From assembly GCA_041690495.1 (NCBI GenBank), contig JAWLHE010000007.1:50165-114164 (forward strand): a DNA stretch of 64,000 bases, in the 5' to 3' direction. The stretch comes from Alphaproteobacteria bacterium. Its GTDB lineage: Bacteria; Pseudomonadota; Alphaproteobacteria; CACIAM-22H2. A program made the translations under genes and the position numbers. How positions within the stretch are numbered: position 1 is the first letter of the stretch; the number at the start of each line of letters is the position of its first letter. The notes under the pieces were generated by a model that saw only the letters and a program-made list of their open reading frames with translations, had not been told where the DNA came from and searched no databases. Shown here in pieces: positions 21,901-34,626 of this stretch.

Positions 21901-22788
21901 ATGGCGACGATCGGGTTCATCGGGCTCGGGAACATGGGGGGGCCGATGGCGCGCAACCTCGTCAAGGCCGGCCACAAGCTCAAGGTTTTCGATGTGGTGA
22001 AGGCGAATGTCGATGCCGCGGCGAAGGCCGGCGGCGAGGCGGTCGCGAGCGCCGCGGATGCCGCGAAGGGCGCCGAGCTCGTCGTCACCATGCTTCCAGC
22101 CGGCGAGCACGTGCGCGACGTCTACATGGAGCGCGGCAAGGTCATCGCGTCGGCGGCGAAAGGCACCCTGTTCATCGACTGCTCGACCATCGACGTGGAC
22201 ACGGCACGTGCGGTCAGCGCCGCGGCGGTCGCAGCCGGTCATGAGATGGTCGATGCGCCCGTCTCCGGTGGCACGGTCGGCGCCGAGAACGCCACGCTGA
22301 CCTTCATGTGCGGCGGCTCCGATGCGGCCTTCGCCCGGGCGAAGCCGATCCTCGAGGCGATGGGCAAGACCATCGTCCATGCCGGTGCCGCCGGAAACGG
22401 GCAGGCCGCCAAGATCTGCAACAACATGATCCTGGGCATCTCGATGATCGCTGTCTGCGAAGGATTCCTGCTGGCCGAGAAGCTCGGCCTGGACGCGCAG
22501 AAGTTGTTCGACATCAGCTCCAAATCCTCGGGCCAGTGCTGGTCGATGACGACCTATTGCCCGGTCCCGGGACTGGTCCCGACCTCGCCCGCCAACCGGG
22601 ACTACAAACCGGGCTTCAGCGGCGCCATGATGGTTAAGGATATGCGACTGGCGCAGGAGGCCGCGCATGCCACTGGGGCGGCGACCCCCTTGGGGGCGGC
22701 CGCCCAGGCTCTCTACGCCCTGTATTGCAGCCGGGGCGGGGCCGCGGCCGACTTCTCGGGGATCATCCGCATGTTGGCAGGCAAGTAA
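21901..22788 (+). CDS. mmsB: 3-hydroxyisobutyrate dehydrogenase
   Basis: N-terminal Rossmann GFIGLGNMGGPMA. HIBADH signature and length (295 aa). Last gene of the valine-catabolism cluster. Confidence 0.85.
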   Translation: MATIGFIGLGNMGGPMARNLVKAGHKLKVFDVVKANVDAAAKAGGEAVASAADAAKGAELVVTMLPAGEHVRDVYMERGKVIASAAKGTLFIDCSTIDVDTARAVSAAAVAAGHEMVDAPVSGGTVGAENATLTFMCGGSDAAFARAKPILEAMGKTIVHAGAAGNGQAAKICNNMILGISMIAVCEGFLLAEKLGLDAQKLFDISSKSSGQCWSMTTYCPVPGLVPTSPANRDYKPGFSGAMMVKDMRLAQEAAHATGAATPLGAAAQALYALYCSRGGAAADFSGIIRMLAGK

Positions 22789-22849
22789 CGTTAGCTTAAC
22801 GGTAGACCGTTAGCCTTCCGGTTGCACCGAGTCCTGGAAGGAACGGCTC

Positions 22850-23323
22850 ATGAAGCGCGTGTATTTGGAAGTCGTGGCGCTGGTCGAGCGTCTGCACCGG
22901 CAGTTTCTCGAGGTCGTAAAGACCGAGATCGACCGGATGGGCATCCACGACGTCAACAACGTCCAGGCGATGATCCTCTATCACATCGGCTCGGAAGAGC
23001 TGACCGTGGGCGAGCTGACGCAGCGCGGCTACTATCTGGGCTCGAATGTTTCCTACAATCTCAAGAAGCTCATCGAGCACGCCTATATCGCGCAGGCGCG
23101 TTCACCGCACGACCGCCGCTCGGTACGCATCAAGCTGACGCCCAAGGGACTCGAACTGCACGGTCGGCTTGACGCGGTCTTTCAGCAGCATTCGTCTCAT
23201 CTCGAAAAGACCGACCTCGCCGGCGGCGAGCTCAACGACGTGGCCGCGACCTTGCGCCAGCTCGAGCAGTTCTGGGACGGCCGCCTCGGCGCCGGCGCGT
23301 TCGCCCTCAATACAGCGGCCTGA
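22850..23323 (+). CDS. MarR family transcriptional regulator
   Basis: Winged-helix MarR pattern (LTVGELTQRG...DRRSVRIKLTPKG). Confidence 0.7.
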   Translation: MKRVYLEVVALVERLHRQFLEVVKTEIDRMGIHDVNNVQAMILYHIGSEELTVGELTQRGYYLGSNVSYNLKKLIEHAYIAQARSPHDRRSVRIKLTPKGLELHGRLDAVFQQHSSHLEKTDLAGGELNDVAATLRQLEQFWDGRLGAGAFALNTAA

Positions 23324-23543
23324 GCCTCGGCGCGCAGCGCATCGAACATTCATCCAGGCCCGACGCAGGTCGCCCGCACGCACGGTAGAACCGCGTGTCG
23401 GTGCCGGACCCTGTCGTCGCGAGCGAAGACACCCGAAACCTCCTCGAACGCGGTACGGCGACTGGGATTGCCGTCACCGGAACCGTCAGGCGTATCCAGC
23501 GTTGCAGTCCGCGATGTTCAGTTCACTGCGCCCAGAGGACTTC

Positions 23544-23972
23544 ATGAAACGGACCGCTGTCGCCTTCGTCCTCGCGGCTGGCATGCTGAGTGCCGGCACG
23601 AATGCTCAGATGGCGCCGGCAGGGAGCGCCGATCGGGTGCCTGCCACGTCGCAGCGCAATGGCGACATCACCACCATCCGCGTCGACGTCGCGCGGGTCG
23701 CGCTGGGGCATCGCGCGAGCAAGTTGGTCGGTGCGGCAATCGTCACCAACAAGGACGAGCGGATCGGAACGATCGACGATCTCGTGGTCAGCGCGGATGA
23801 CGGCGAGACCTTTGCGGTCATATCGGTCGGAGGATTCCTCGGCGTTGGCAGCAAGCTGGTGGCGGTGCCGTTCCACACGCTGCGCACCGTGAAGGAGGAA
23901 CGCCTGATGCTTCCAGGCGCCAGCAAGGATGCGCTGAAAGAGCTGCCCGAATTCAAGTACGCGAAGGGTTGA
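23544..23972 (+). CDS. Secreted PRC-barrel domain protein
   Basis: Signal peptide MKRTAVAFVLAAGMLSAGTNAQ followed by a PRC-barrel-like core (LVGAAIVTNKDERIGTIDDLVV...VAVPF). The ORF-track frame upstream of 23544 is non-coding-like. Confidence 0.55.
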   Translation: MKRTAVAFVLAAGMLSAGTNAQMAPAGSADRVPATSQRNGDITTIRVDVARVALGHRASKLVGAAIVTNKDERIGTIDDLVVSADDGETFAVISVGGFLGVGSKLVAVPFHTLRTVKEERLMLPGASKDALKELPEFKYAKG

Positions 23973-24079
23973 ACCAACCCTGGTGGCGGCTGCCGCCCGA
24001 AAGGCGGCAACTGTCGTCCAGTGTCACCCGCGGCCCTCGGGCTTCTTTCCCGAGTCGTGCCGCGGGCCCACTGCTTCGG

Positions 24080-25300
24080 CTAGGCCGTGAATGCCTGGAT
24101 TCCGGTCTGGGCGCGGCCGAGGATGAGCGCGTGGATGTCGTGCGTCCCCTCGTAGGTGTTCACCGCCTCCAGATTCATCACATGCCGGATGACGTGGAAC
24201 TCGTCCGAGACGCCGTTGCCGCCGTGCATGTCGCGCGCGATACGGGCGATGTCGAGCGCCTTCCCACAGGAGTTTCGCTTGATCAAGGAGATCATCTCGG
24301 GGGCGGCGCGGCCCTCGTCGAACAGGCGTCCGACGCGAAGGCATGCCTGCATCCCGATCGCGATCTCGGTCTGCATGTCGGCGAGCTTCTTCTGGATGAG
24401 CTGGTTCGCGGCGAGCGGGCGGCCGAACTGCTTGCGCTCGAGCGTATAGTTGCGGGCACGCTGCCAGCAGAACTCCGCCGCGCCCAGCGCTCCCCAGGCG
24501 ATACCGTAGCGCGCGCGATTGAGGCAGCCGAACGGACCTTTGAGGCCTGAAACGTTCGGCAGCAGGTTCTCCTCGGGGATCAGCACCTCATCCATCACGA
24601 TTTCACCGGTGATGGAGGCGCGCAGGCTGAACTTGCCCTCGATCTTCGGGGCCGACAGGCCCTTCATGCCCTTCTCGAGGATGTAACCGCGGATTTCGCC
24701 GGCATCGTCCTTTGCCCATACGACGAACACGTCGGCGATCGGCGAATTGGTGATCCACATCTTTGCTCCGGTGAGGCTGTAGCCGCCGGAAACCTTCTTT
24801 GCGCGCGTCTTCATGCTGCCTGGATCGGAGCCGTGGTCGGGCTCGGTCAAACCGAAGCAGCCCACCCATTCGCCGGTTGCCAGCTTGGGCAGATACTTCT
24901 GCCGCTGCGCCTCCGAGCCGTAGGCATGGATCGGATGCATGACCAGGGACGACTGAACGCTCATTGCCGAACGGTACCCGCTATCGACGCGCTCGACCTC
25001 GCGCGCGACCAGTCCGTAGGACACGTAGTTGACGCCGGCGCAGCCGTAGCCCTGGATCGTCGAACCGAGGAAGCCGAGAGCTCCCATCTCGTTCATGATC
25101 TCTCGATGAAAATGCTCGTGCCGGAAAGCCTCGGTGACGCGCGGCAGGAGTTTCTCCTGACAGTATTCGCGTGCCGCGGCCGCGATCATCCGCTCGTCTT
25201 CGGTGAGCTGCTCCTCGAACAGGAACGGGTCGTCCCACACGAATTGCGTCTTGCCGGCTGACTTGCCGGCGGGCATTGCCTTTGCTGGGGTGGCGCACAT
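24080..25300 (-). CDS. gcdH: Glutaryl-CoA dehydrogenase
   Basis: ACAD family with GCDH-type residues ([18 protein letters not shown]-terminal [22 protein letters not shown]). The start is chosen at MCATPAKAM; the upstream in-frame extension to 25396 is possible. Confidence 0.8.
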   Translation of the reverse strand: MCATPAKAMPAGKSAGKTQFVWDDPFLFEEQLTEDERMIAAAAREYCQEKLLPRVTEAFRHEHFHREIMNEMGALGFLGSTIQGYGCAGVNYVSYGLVAREVERVDSGYRSAMSVQSSLVMHPIHAYGSEAQRQKYLPKLATGEWVGCFGLTEPDHGSDPGSMKTRAKKVSGGYSLTGAKMWITNSPIADVFVVWAKDDAGEIRGYILEKGMKGLSAPKIEGKFSLRASITGEIVMDEVLIPEENLLPNVSGLKGPFGCLNRARYGIAWGALGAAEFCWQRARNYTLERKQFGRPLAANQLIQKKLADMQTEIAIGMQACLRVGRLFDEGRAAPEMISLIKRNSCGKALDIARIARDMHGGNGVSDEFHVIRHVMNLEAVNTYEGTHDIHALILGRAQTGIQAFTA

Positions 25301-25425
25301 GGTCGAAAACTCCGGTACTCGATTTGCGGCGGATTGTGTCCGGCGAGGCCCAGCACGTTTAGCGCCGAATGACGGAAGGAGGCAAGCGGCGCCCATCCAA
25401 TGCTGCCAACGCCCCCGGGATGGGC

Positions 25426-25824
25426 TCAGTCAGGAATGACCGCCGTCGCTTCGATCTCGATCTTGGCGCGATCTTCTACGAGCGATTTGACTTCCACCAG
25501 GGCCATGGCGGGGTAGTTCTTGCCGATGACGTCGCGGTATGCGCGTCCGATATCGGGAAGACGCGCAAGGTATTCCTGCTTGTCGGTTACGTACCAGGTG
25601 AATCGGGTGATGTGTTCAGGTTTCGCTCCACCCTCCGCAAGCACTGCAACGACGTTTACCAGCGCCTGGCGGAGCTGGCCGACGAAGTCATCGGTTTCGA
25701 ACGCTCCCGTCGCGCCGTTCCAGCCGATCTGCCCGGCAACGAAGACGATCGTACCGCGAGCGGCAATGCCGTTGGCATAGCCCTTGGGCGCCGGCCAGTC
25801 CCTGGGCTGCAATACGCGATTCAT
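25426..25824 (-). CDS. ridA: RidA/YjgF family reactive-intermediate deaminase
   Basis: 132 aa with the YjgF/chorismate-mutase-like fold signature (AP.GPYS-like APKGYANG, and a C-terminal VEV...IE block). Confidence 0.75.
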   Translation of the reverse strand: MNRVLQPRDWPAPKGYANGIAARGTIVFVAGQIGWNGATGAFETDDFVGQLRQALVNVVAVLAEGGAKPEHITRFTWYVTDKQEYLARLPDIGRAYRDVIGKNYPAMALVEVKSLVEDRAKIEIEATAVIPD

Positions 25825-26024
25825 GGAAGCCGGGTCCCGCTACGACCGACATTTCCAAGCCCGCTGTGCAGCTGCCCCCCGAAAACCGCAACCGTCATTC
25901 GACTCCTCGCTTGTCGTTTTGTCGAAAATTAGTTTAAGCCTAAAATAATTTCCCGGCAACTGGAGGGCGGCCTGCCGCGGGAGCGGCTTGGCGGCGGGGC
26001 CGGAATCGGCAACACTCGGGTCCA

Positions 26025-26221
26025 TGCCGCGCGACGTGATTTTCGAGTTTCGCCGGGTCGGAAACGCCGTTAAGGCCAGCGCGGTCGATACGGAAACCAT
26101 GACGGAAGTCTCGGTCATGGGCCCTGCAACCGCGGACCAGACATCGCTGCGGCGTGCGGCGCTGCGCAAGCTTGAATTCGTCCTGGCGCGCCGTGCAAGG
26201 GAGCAAAAGCCGACGCGATAG
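26025..26221 (+). CDS. Hypothetical small protein (65 aa)
   Basis: Compact frame with coding-like GC3 in a 545-bp gap upstream of livH. No domain recognised. Weak call. Confidence 0.3.
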
Positions 26222-26370
26222 CGGCGCGGCTCATCCGAAGGTACTTTGCGGTACGCGGCTCCCCCGCTACATTTCGTTGCAATTGTCGTCGGCTGGTATC
26301 AAAAAGACCGGCCAATCCGTCCCGGCGAACCGGGCGATTTGCAGGGACAGGGTAGGGGTAGCGGGAGCGA

Positions 26371-27288
26371 ATGGAGTATTTCGTACAACAGCTCATCAAC
26401 GGGCTGACTCTCGGCGCGATCTACGGCTTGATCGCCATCGGCTACACGATGGTCTACGGGATCATCGGCATGATCAATTTCGCCCACGGCGAGATCTACA
26501 TGATCGGCGCCTTCATCTCGGTGATCACGTTTACCTTGCTCGGGATGGGCGGCATCTCCTGGGCACCGCTTTCGATTCTGATCGTCCTCCTCGTTGCGAT
26601 GTTCTTCACCGCCGTTTATGGCTGGACGATCGAGCGTCTCGCATACCGGCCGCTGCGGGGTTCAATCCGGCTGGCGCCGCTGATCTCGGCGATCGGCATG
26701 TCGATTTTCCTGCAAAATTACGTACAGCTCACCCAGGGCGCCAAGATCAAGCCTCTGCAGCCCATCGTCCGCGGAAATTTTCCGCTGCTGGAATCCGCAT
26801 CGGGCTTCACGGTCGCGATCAGCTATCTGCAGATCATCATCATCCTGCTGACCATAGCGCTCATGGCGGGCTTTACTTACATGATCCAGAACACGGCGCT
26901 TGGGCGCGCACAGCGCGCCTGCGAGCAGGATCTCAAGATGGCCTCGCTGATCGGCGTCGATGTCGACCGTACGATTTCGTTCACATTCGTGATCGGCGCG
27001 GCGCTTGCCGCCGTCGCCGGCGTGATGGTGACGATGTATTACGGGGTGGTGGACTTCTACATCGGCTTCGTCGCCGGACTAAAGGCGTTCACCGCTGCAG
27101 TCCTTGGGGGTATCGGCTCGCTGCCGGGGGCGATGCTGGGCGGCATCCTCATCGGCCTGATCGAGGCGTTCTGGTCGGCCTACTTCACGATCGAGTACAA
27201 GGACGTCGCAACGTTCGCAATCCTCGTTATCGCGCTGATCTTCCGGCCGACCGGATTGCTGGGACGACCGGAAGTCGAGAAGGTTTGA
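26371..27288 (+). CDS. livH: Branched-chain amino acid ABC transporter permease LivH
   Basis: Typical LivH length, TM pattern and motifs (FAHGEIYMIGAF). Confidence 0.9.
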   Translation: MEYFVQQLINGLTLGAIYGLIAIGYTMVYGIIGMINFAHGEIYMIGAFISVITFTLLGMGGISWAPLSILIVLLVAMFFTAVYGWTIERLAYRPLRGSIRLAPLISAIGMSIFLQNYVQLTQGAKIKPLQPIVRGNFPLLESASGFTVAISYLQIIIILLTIALMAGFTYMIQNTALGRAQRACEQDLKMASLIGVDVDRTISFTFVIGAALAAVAGVMVTMYYGVVDFYIGFVAGLKAFTAAVLGGIGSLPGAMLGGILIGLIEAFWSAYFTIEYKDVATFAILVIALIFRPTGLLGRPEVEKV

Positions 27289-27297
27289 GGCACCGCC

Positions 27298-28598
<1,301 letters not shown>

Positions 28599-28602
<4 letters not shown>

Positions 28603-29528
28603 ACGAGGATCCCGCGCTCAGCCCGCCGCCGCCCGGGGTCATTCTCGACGTCCAGCATCTGACGATGCGCTTCGGCGGCCTTGTCGCCATCGACGATATC
28701 TCCTTCCAGGCGCATGATCGCGCGATAACGGCAATTATCGGGCCGAACGGCGCGGGCAAGACCACGGTCTTCAATTGTCTTACGGGTTTCTACAAACCCA
28801 CGGTCGGACGCCTTGCGATGCAGAAGGACGGCCGGGTGTGGCTGCTCGAGCGCATGGAGGGCTTCCGCATCGCGCAGCGGGCAGGGATCGCGCGGACCTT
28901 CCAGAACATACGCCTTTTCCCGAAGATGTCCGTGCTGGAGAACCTGATGGTGGCTCAGCACAATCGCCTGATGAAGGCTTCGGGGTGGACCATCAAGGGA
29001 CTGCTCGGCCTGCCGGGGTTCCGCAACGCCGAGCGCGAGGGGCTCGAATTCGCCACTTTCTGGCTCGAGCGGATCAATCTTCTGGACAAGGCCGATTGGC
29101 AGGCCGGGAACCTCCCCTACGGTGATCAGCGGCGGCTCGAGATCGCGCGCGCAATGTGTACGGGGCCTGCGCTGCTCTGCCTGGACGAGCCGGCCGCCGG
29201 CCTCAACCCGCGCGAATCCGCTGCCCTCAATGACCTGCTGCGCTACATCCGCGATGAGGTGAAGATCGCGGTTCTGCTGATCGAGCACGATATGAGCGTG
29301 GTGATGGAGATCTCGGATCACGTCATCGTCCTGGATTACGGCCGCAAGATCGCCGAGGGCGCACCCGAGGCCGTGCGTAACGATCCTGCCGTCATTCGCG
29401 CCTATCTCGGCGAGGAAGAAACCGAGGAATTGCCGCCCGAGATCGCCGCCGATCTGGCGGCGCCGGGCGGGCCGGCTGTAGCCGCGCCCGGCGCGATCGC
29501 ACCTGTCGACAAGAAGGGCGAGACGTGA
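28599..29528 (+). CDS. livG: Branched-chain amino acid ABC transporter ATP-binding protein LivG
   Basis: Walker A GPNGAGKTT, ABC signature, and the LivG-type insertion. Confidence 0.9.
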
Positions 29529-30247
29529 CGATGCTTCGCGTTGCGAACGTGCATACCTTTTATGGGCAGATCGAGGCGTTGAAGGGCGTCAGCATCGAGG
29601 TCAATCGCGGCGAGATTGTCACGCTCATCGGGGCCAACGGGGCGGGAAAATCGACCCTGCTGATGACCATCTGCGGCAAACCGGCCGTTGCGGAGGGCTC
29701 AATCTCGCTCGAGGGACGCGAGATCTCGCAGCTCCCCACGCACGAGATCGCGCGGCTGGGCATCGCCCAGTCACCCGAGGGCAGACGCATCTTCCCGCGG
29801 ATGACAGTGCTGGAAAATCTGCAGATGGGCGCGATGACCACCGATGGGTCGCATTTCGAGGAGGACATGGCGCGCGCCTTCAAGCTGTTTCCTGTGCTCG
29901 ACCGCCGGCGCAATCAGCGCGGGGGAACATTGTCCGGCGGCGAGCAGCAAATGCTGGCAATCGCGCGGGCGCTGATGGGGCGGCCGCGGTTGCTCCTGCT
30001 CGACGAGCCTTCGCTCGGTTTGGCGCCGCTGCTGGTCAAGCAGATCTTCGACACGATTCGCGAGATCAACGAGCGTGAAGGCGTCACCATGCTTCTGGTC
30101 GAACAGAATGCATATCATGCGCTCAAGCTCGCGCATCGTGGCTATGTCCTCGTCAATGGGCGCATCACGCTCGCCGGGTCCGGCTCGGAGCTTCTCGCGA
30201 ACCGCGAGGTGCGCGCGGCCTATCTCGAGGGCGGCAAGAAGCATTAA
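29525..30247 (+). CDS. livF: Branched-chain amino acid ABC transporter ATP-binding protein LivF
   Basis: Walker A GANGAGKST, LSGGEQQML signature, Walker B LLLDEPS. Confidence 0.9.
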   Translation: MTMLRVANVHTFYGQIEALKGVSIEVNRGEIVTLIGANGAGKSTLLMTICGKPAVAEGSISLEGREISQLPTHEIARLGIAQSPEGRRIFPRMTVLENLQMGAMTTDGSHFEEDMARAFKLFPVLDRRRNQRGGTLSGGEQQMLAIARALMGRPRLLLLDEPSLGLAPLLVKQIFDTIREINEREGVTMLLVEQNAYHALKLAHRGYVLVNGRITLAGSGSELLANREVRAAYLEGGKKH

Positions 30248-30259
30248 GGGGCGTAATCC

Positions 30260-30622
30260 ATGCTGCACGAGCTTTTCGGTGGGTCGATCGGGGATTTTCT
30301 CGGAATCACGCTGATCCTCTTCGGGGGCGCCGCTTTCATGACCGGGCAGGCGCTTGCCGGAACCTGGCGACCGTTATGGCAGATCGGCCCTTACGGGCTG
30401 CTGCTGGCAGCTGCGGACCGCTTCTTCAGCTGGGGATTGTTTGGCGGAGAGTTGCGCTCCGTGTCGGGATTCATCATTGATGCCCTTGTGATTCTCGCCG
30501 TCGGTATCGTCGCCTACCGGCTGACGCAGACGCACAAGATGACGACTCAGTATCCGTGGATTTACGAGCGCGCCGGGCTGTTTGCGTGGCGCGTCCGGGA
30601 TGGCGGCAGCCCACCGTCATGA
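30260..30622 (+). CDS. Small integral membrane protein of unknown function, co-oriented with the liv operon
   Basis: 120 aa with 3 predicted TM helices. Starts 13 nt after livF, with coding-like composition. Confidence 0.5.
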   Translation: MLHELFGGSIGDFLGITLILFGGAAFMTGQALAGTWRPLWQIGPYGLLLAAADRFFSWGLFGGELRSVSGFIIDALVILAVGIVAYRLTQTHKMTTQYPWIYERAGLFAWRVRDGGSPPS

Positions 30623-30752
30623 TGATCGTTGCCGACGGCGCGGCGGGGTTCTAGACTCGGCTGCAGGCAGACCGGGCGCGTGCCGAACGGCTGCGACCGG
30701 AGGTTGAGGGGGCCCTTTGGGCTTTCGTTTCAATAACAGGGAGAGAGATCCT

Positions 30753-31874
30753 ATGCGCAAATACATGCTGGGCCTTGTTGCGGCCACGGCGGTGGCGGCA
30801 GGAGCCCAGGGCGTACCCGGAGCTGCGGCCCAGGAGATCGTCATCGCCGTAGCCGGTCCGATTACTGGCCAGTACGCGATTTTCGGTGAGCAGATGCGTC
30901 GCGGCGCGCAGCTGGCGGTCGATGACCTCAATGCGAAGGGCGGAATCATGGGGCGCAAGATCCGCCTCGAGGTTGGCGACGACGCCTGCGATCCCCGCCA
31001 AGCGGTCTCGGTCGCAAACCAGCTGGCCAGCCGCAAGGTCGTCTTTGTCGCCGGCCATTTCTGCTCCTCGTCTTCGATCCCGGCGAGCCAAGTCTACAAC
31101 GAGGCCGGCATCCTGCAGATTTCCCCGGCATCGACGAACCCGGCCTTGACCGATGAGGCGGCCAAGAAAGGTTGGATCAACGTGTTCCGCGCCTGCGGCC
31201 GCGACGATCAGCAGGGCGGCGTCGCCGGCGCTTACCTGGCCGAAAAGTACAAGGGCAAGAAAGTCGCGATCATCCACGACAAGTCGACATACGGCAAAGG
31301 CCTTGCCGACGAGACCCAGAAGGCGATGAACGCCAAGGGCCTCAAGGAAGCGATGTACGAAGCCGTGACGCAGGGTGACAAGGATTTCGGCGCGCTGATC
31401 AGCAAGATGAAGCAGACCGGCGTGGACGTGATCTATTACGGCGGCTATCACACCGAGGCGGGCTTGATGGTCCGCCAGTCGCGCGAGCAGGGCTTCAACG
31501 CCACGCTGATCTCGGGTGACGCACTTGTCGACAACGAGTTCTGGAAGATCACGGGCGCCGCGGGCGAGGGCACGCTGATGACGTTTGCTCCCGATCCGCG
31601 CAAAGTCCCCGAGGCCAAGGAAATCGTGGCCAGGTTCAAGCAGCAGGGCTATGACCCCGAGGGCTATACGCTGTACAGCTACGCCGCGTTGCAGGTCTGG
31701 GCGGCGGCCGTGAACAAGGTCAAGTCGACCGACGTCGAGAAGGTCTCGCCGGCGATCCGCGGCCATGCCTTCGACACCGTACTCGGCAATCTGAAATTCA
31801 ACGACAAAGGCGACGTGTCGAATTCCAAGTACGTCTTCTTCGTCTGGAAGAACGGCCAGTACGCAGAGATGTAA
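30753..31874 (+). CDS. livK: Branched-chain amino acid ABC transporter substrate-binding protein (LivK/LivJ family)
   Basis: Signal peptide and type-I periplasmic binding fold typical of the Leu/Ile/Val-binding family. RBS gggagagag upstream of the ATG at 30753. Confidence 0.85.
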   Translation: MRKYMLGLVAATAVAAGAQGVPGAAAQEIVIAVAGPITGQYAIFGEQMRRGAQLAVDDLNAKGGIMGRKIRLEVGDDACDPRQAVSVANQLASRKVVFVAGHFCSSSSIPASQVYNEAGILQISPASTNPALTDEAAKKGWINVFRACGRDDQQGGVAGAYLAEKYKGKKVAIIHDKSTYGKGLADETQKAMNAKGLKEAMYEAVTQGDKDFGALISKMKQTGVDVIYYGGYHTEAGLMVRQSREQGFNATLISGDALVDNEFWKITGAAGEGTLMTFAPDPRKVPEAKEIVARFKQQGYDPEGYTLYSYAALQVWAAAVNKVKSTDVEKVSPAIRGHAFDTVLGNLKFNDKGDVSNSKYVFFVWKNGQYAEM

Positions 31875-31900
31875 TCGGCGGCGTCGGTCGTCCTGAAATC

Positions 31901-31935
31901 GAAGGCCCGGCGGTTTCCCGCCGGGCCTTTTCCTT
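31901..31935. terminator. Bidirectional Rho-independent terminator between livK and mucR
   Basis: aggcccggcgg-tttc-ccgccgggcct stem-loop followed by a T-rich tract, seen between convergent genes. Confidence 0.6.
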
Positions 31936-31986
31936 TCGTCGGTGCGCAGGATCCGGGGGATGGACCAAGACCACCCCGCCCGGAAG

Positions 31987-32430
31987 CTATTTTTTCGTTT
32001 TGGTGCGCCGCGCGCCCGGTTTGCGTCCCAGTCCGATCTTCTTGGCGAAGGCCGAGCGCTGCGCGGCATAGTTCGGCGCGACCATCGGGTAGTCGGCCGG
32101 AAGCCCCCATTTGATCCGGTATTCCTCCGGCGTCATGTTGTAAGACGTCCGCAAATGACGCTTGAGCATCTTGAGCTTCTTGCCGTCCTCAAGGCACACG
32201 ATGTACTCGGGCGTGATCGACTTCTTCACCGGCACCATTGGCTTCAGGCCAACTGCGCCGAGCGCGCTGCTGCCTCCGTCAAGCGCGGAGATCGAGGAAT
32301 AGATGGTCTTTATGACGTCGGGCAGTTGCGAAGCCGGGAGCGTATTGTTGCCGACATAGGCGGCGGCCACCTCTGCGGTCATACGTAGCAGATCTCCCGG
32401 GCTCGTCTTCTCTCTCGAGAGTTCGTTCAT
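31987..32430 (-). CDS. mucR: MucR/Ros family zinc-finger transcriptional regulator
   Basis: C-terminal Ros/MucR zinc-finger region (ITPEYIVCLEDGKKLKMLKRHLRTSYNMTPEEYRIKWGLP). Start chosen at MNELSREK. Confidence 0.75.
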   Translation of the reverse strand: MNELSREKTSPGDLLRMTAEVAAAYVGNNTLPASQLPDVIKTIYSSISALDGGSSALGAVGLKPMVPVKKSITPEYIVCLEDGKKLKMLKRHLRTSYNMTPEEYRIKWGLPADYPMVAPNYAAQRSAFAKKIGLGRKPGARRTKTKK

Positions 32431-32793
32431 TGTTTCTTCGGACTCCTTGACAACTTCCGGTTTACTGGCATGGCGCCAGACCGCTGTCAACGAGAATTGA
32501 AAGTGACTTCAAGAATTACAATCGATGGTAATGGATTTGCCAGTCGATTTCTTGGCTGCCCTGATGAATTTACCAAAGATCAGGTGCGTGTTCCTGCAAT
32601 GGACATGCGGCCGAAGGGCCGGACATTGTCTCGCGGGCTCCTTTCGGAGAGCGCGCCGAAGCCGCCGCGCCGTACCGCGAGCGGAGACGCACGACTCGGC
32701 GATTCTGACGCCAGTTCAAGAGCTTGTGCCTGATTGGCAAGGCCTTTCGACATATGGTAGGGTCGGCCCCGCTTTCGACCATTTGCACCGGAC

Positions 32794-33228
32794 ATGCCTT
32801 CCGAAACGATTGCCATCGCCGCCGACCACGCCGGACTGGATTTGAAATCCGTCTTGTCGCAGGAATTGCGGCAGTCCGGATTCGAGGTGCTCGACCTCGG
32901 TACCGCTTCATCCGACAGTGTCGACTATCCGGATTTCGCTGACGCCCTTGCGGGCGCAATTACCCAGGGACGCGTCAGTCGCGGCGTGCTCGTGTGCGGC
33001 ACTGGCATTGGCATCTCGATTGCCGCAAACCGCCACAGGGGCGTGCGCGCGGCTCTATGCCGCGATTCCACCGACGCGCGGCTCGCACGCGAGCACAACG
33101 ATGCCAATGTGCTCGTGCTCGGCGGTCGTACGACCGGTGTGGAGACGGCCAGGGACTGCCTGAAGGCGTTCCTGACGACTCCGTTTGCAGGCGGGCGCCA
33201 CGCGCGTCGTGTCGCCAAGCTCGGATAA
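32794..33228 (+). CDS. rpiB: Ribose-5-phosphate isomerase B
   Basis: RpiB/LacAB family ([26 protein letters not shown]). 144 aa. Confidence 0.85.
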   Translation: MPSETIAIAADHAGLDLKSVLSQELRQSGFEVLDLGTASSDSVDYPDFADALAGAITQGRVSRGVLVCGTGIGISIAANRHRGVRAALCRDSTDARLAREHNDANVLVLGGRTTGVETARDCLKAFLTTPFAGGRHARRVAKLG

Positions 33229-33257
33229 ACGAACCACCTGGCCCCATTTCTCTCACA

Positions 33258-34594
33258 TGATCAAGGCTTCCCCCTCCATGTCTGTTGCCAAGTCCGCTCA
33301 GGCGCCGTCCGGACCGAAAGCCGCCGACTTCTTCGGTGGTGCGCTTGCCGAAATCGACCCCGATCTGTATCGCGGCGTTCGCCTCGAGCTGAAGCGCCAG
33401 CAGGAGCAGATCGAGCTGATCGCCTCCGAGAACCTCGTCTCGCGCGCCGTGCTCGAAGCGCAAGGTTCAGTTCTGACCAACAAGTATGCGGAAGGCTATC
33501 CGGGCAGGCGCTACTACGGCGGATGCGAATACGTCGACATTGCCGAGGAACTGGCGATCGAGCGCGCCTGCAAGCTGTTCGACTGCGCCTTCGCAAACGT
33601 GCAGCCCCATTCGGGCGCGCAGGCGAACCAGGGCGTATTCATGGCTCTGCTGAAGCCCGGCGACACGATCCTGGGCATGTCGCTTGCTGCGGGCGGCCAT
33701 CTGACGCATGGCGCGCCGCCCAATCTCTCCGGCAAGTGGTTCAACGCCGTGCAGTACGGCGTACGCCGCGATGACGCGCTCATCGACTTCGACGAAGTCG
33801 AGCGCCTGGCGAAAGAGCACCGGCCGAAGCTGATCATTGCCGGCGGCTCGGCATATCCGCGAGTAATCGATTTCGCCCGGTTCCGCGCGATCGCCGACAG
33901 TGTCGGCGCCTATCTAATGGTCGACATGGCGCATTTCGCCGGCCTCGTCGCCGGCGGCGCGCATCCGAGCCCGTTGCCGCACGCCCATGTGGTAACGACG
34001 ACGACCCACAAGACGCTGCGCGGTCCGCGGGGCGGCCTGATCCTTTCCGCGGACGCCGAGCTCGGAAAGAAGATCAATTCGGCGGTATTCCCCGGCCTGC
34101 AGGGCGGGCCGCTGATGCATGTCATCGCTGCCAAGGCGGTCGCTTTCGGCGAAGCGCTGCGGCCGGAATTCAAGGCCTATGCGCGTGCGGTCGTGGAGAA
34201 TGCGCGGACCCTCGCGGCGAGCATGGCTGCCGGCGGGTTCGATATCGTCTCGGGCGGCACCGACACGCATCTGATGCTGGTGGACCTGCGACCGAAGAAG
34301 CTGACCGGTCGCGAGGCCGATCTCAGTCTCGATCGTGCCGGCATCACCTGCAACAAGAACGGCATTCCCTTCGATCCGGAGAAACCGACGGTCACTTCCG
34401 GGATCAGGCTCGGCACGCCGGCCGGCACCACGCGCGGCTTCGGCGTCAACGAGTTCCGGCAAATCGGTGCGTTGATCTGCGAAGTGCTCGAGGGACTGGC
34501 GGCGAACCGCGGGGACAACGAGAGCGCCGAGCGCGCGGTGCGTGCCAAGGTGCTGGACCTGTGCCGGCGCTTTCCGATCTACCGCGACCAATGA
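33258..34594 (+). CDS. glyA: Serine hydroxymethyltransferase
   Basis: SHMT motifs ([21 protein letters not shown] lysine context [14 protein letters not shown]). Start ambiguous between the ATG at 33258 and the ATG at 33279. Confidence 0.95.
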
Positions 34595-34626
34595 ATCAAC
34601 GACGATAGGCAGGGGGCTTAGGGAGG

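Noticed and set aside
32431-32793. Several 70-110-aa ORFs in the mucR-rpiB divergent region
   Set aside because: They overlap one another in different frames, have no recognisable domains, and lie in a typical long MucR/Ros-type regulatory region. More likely non-coding.
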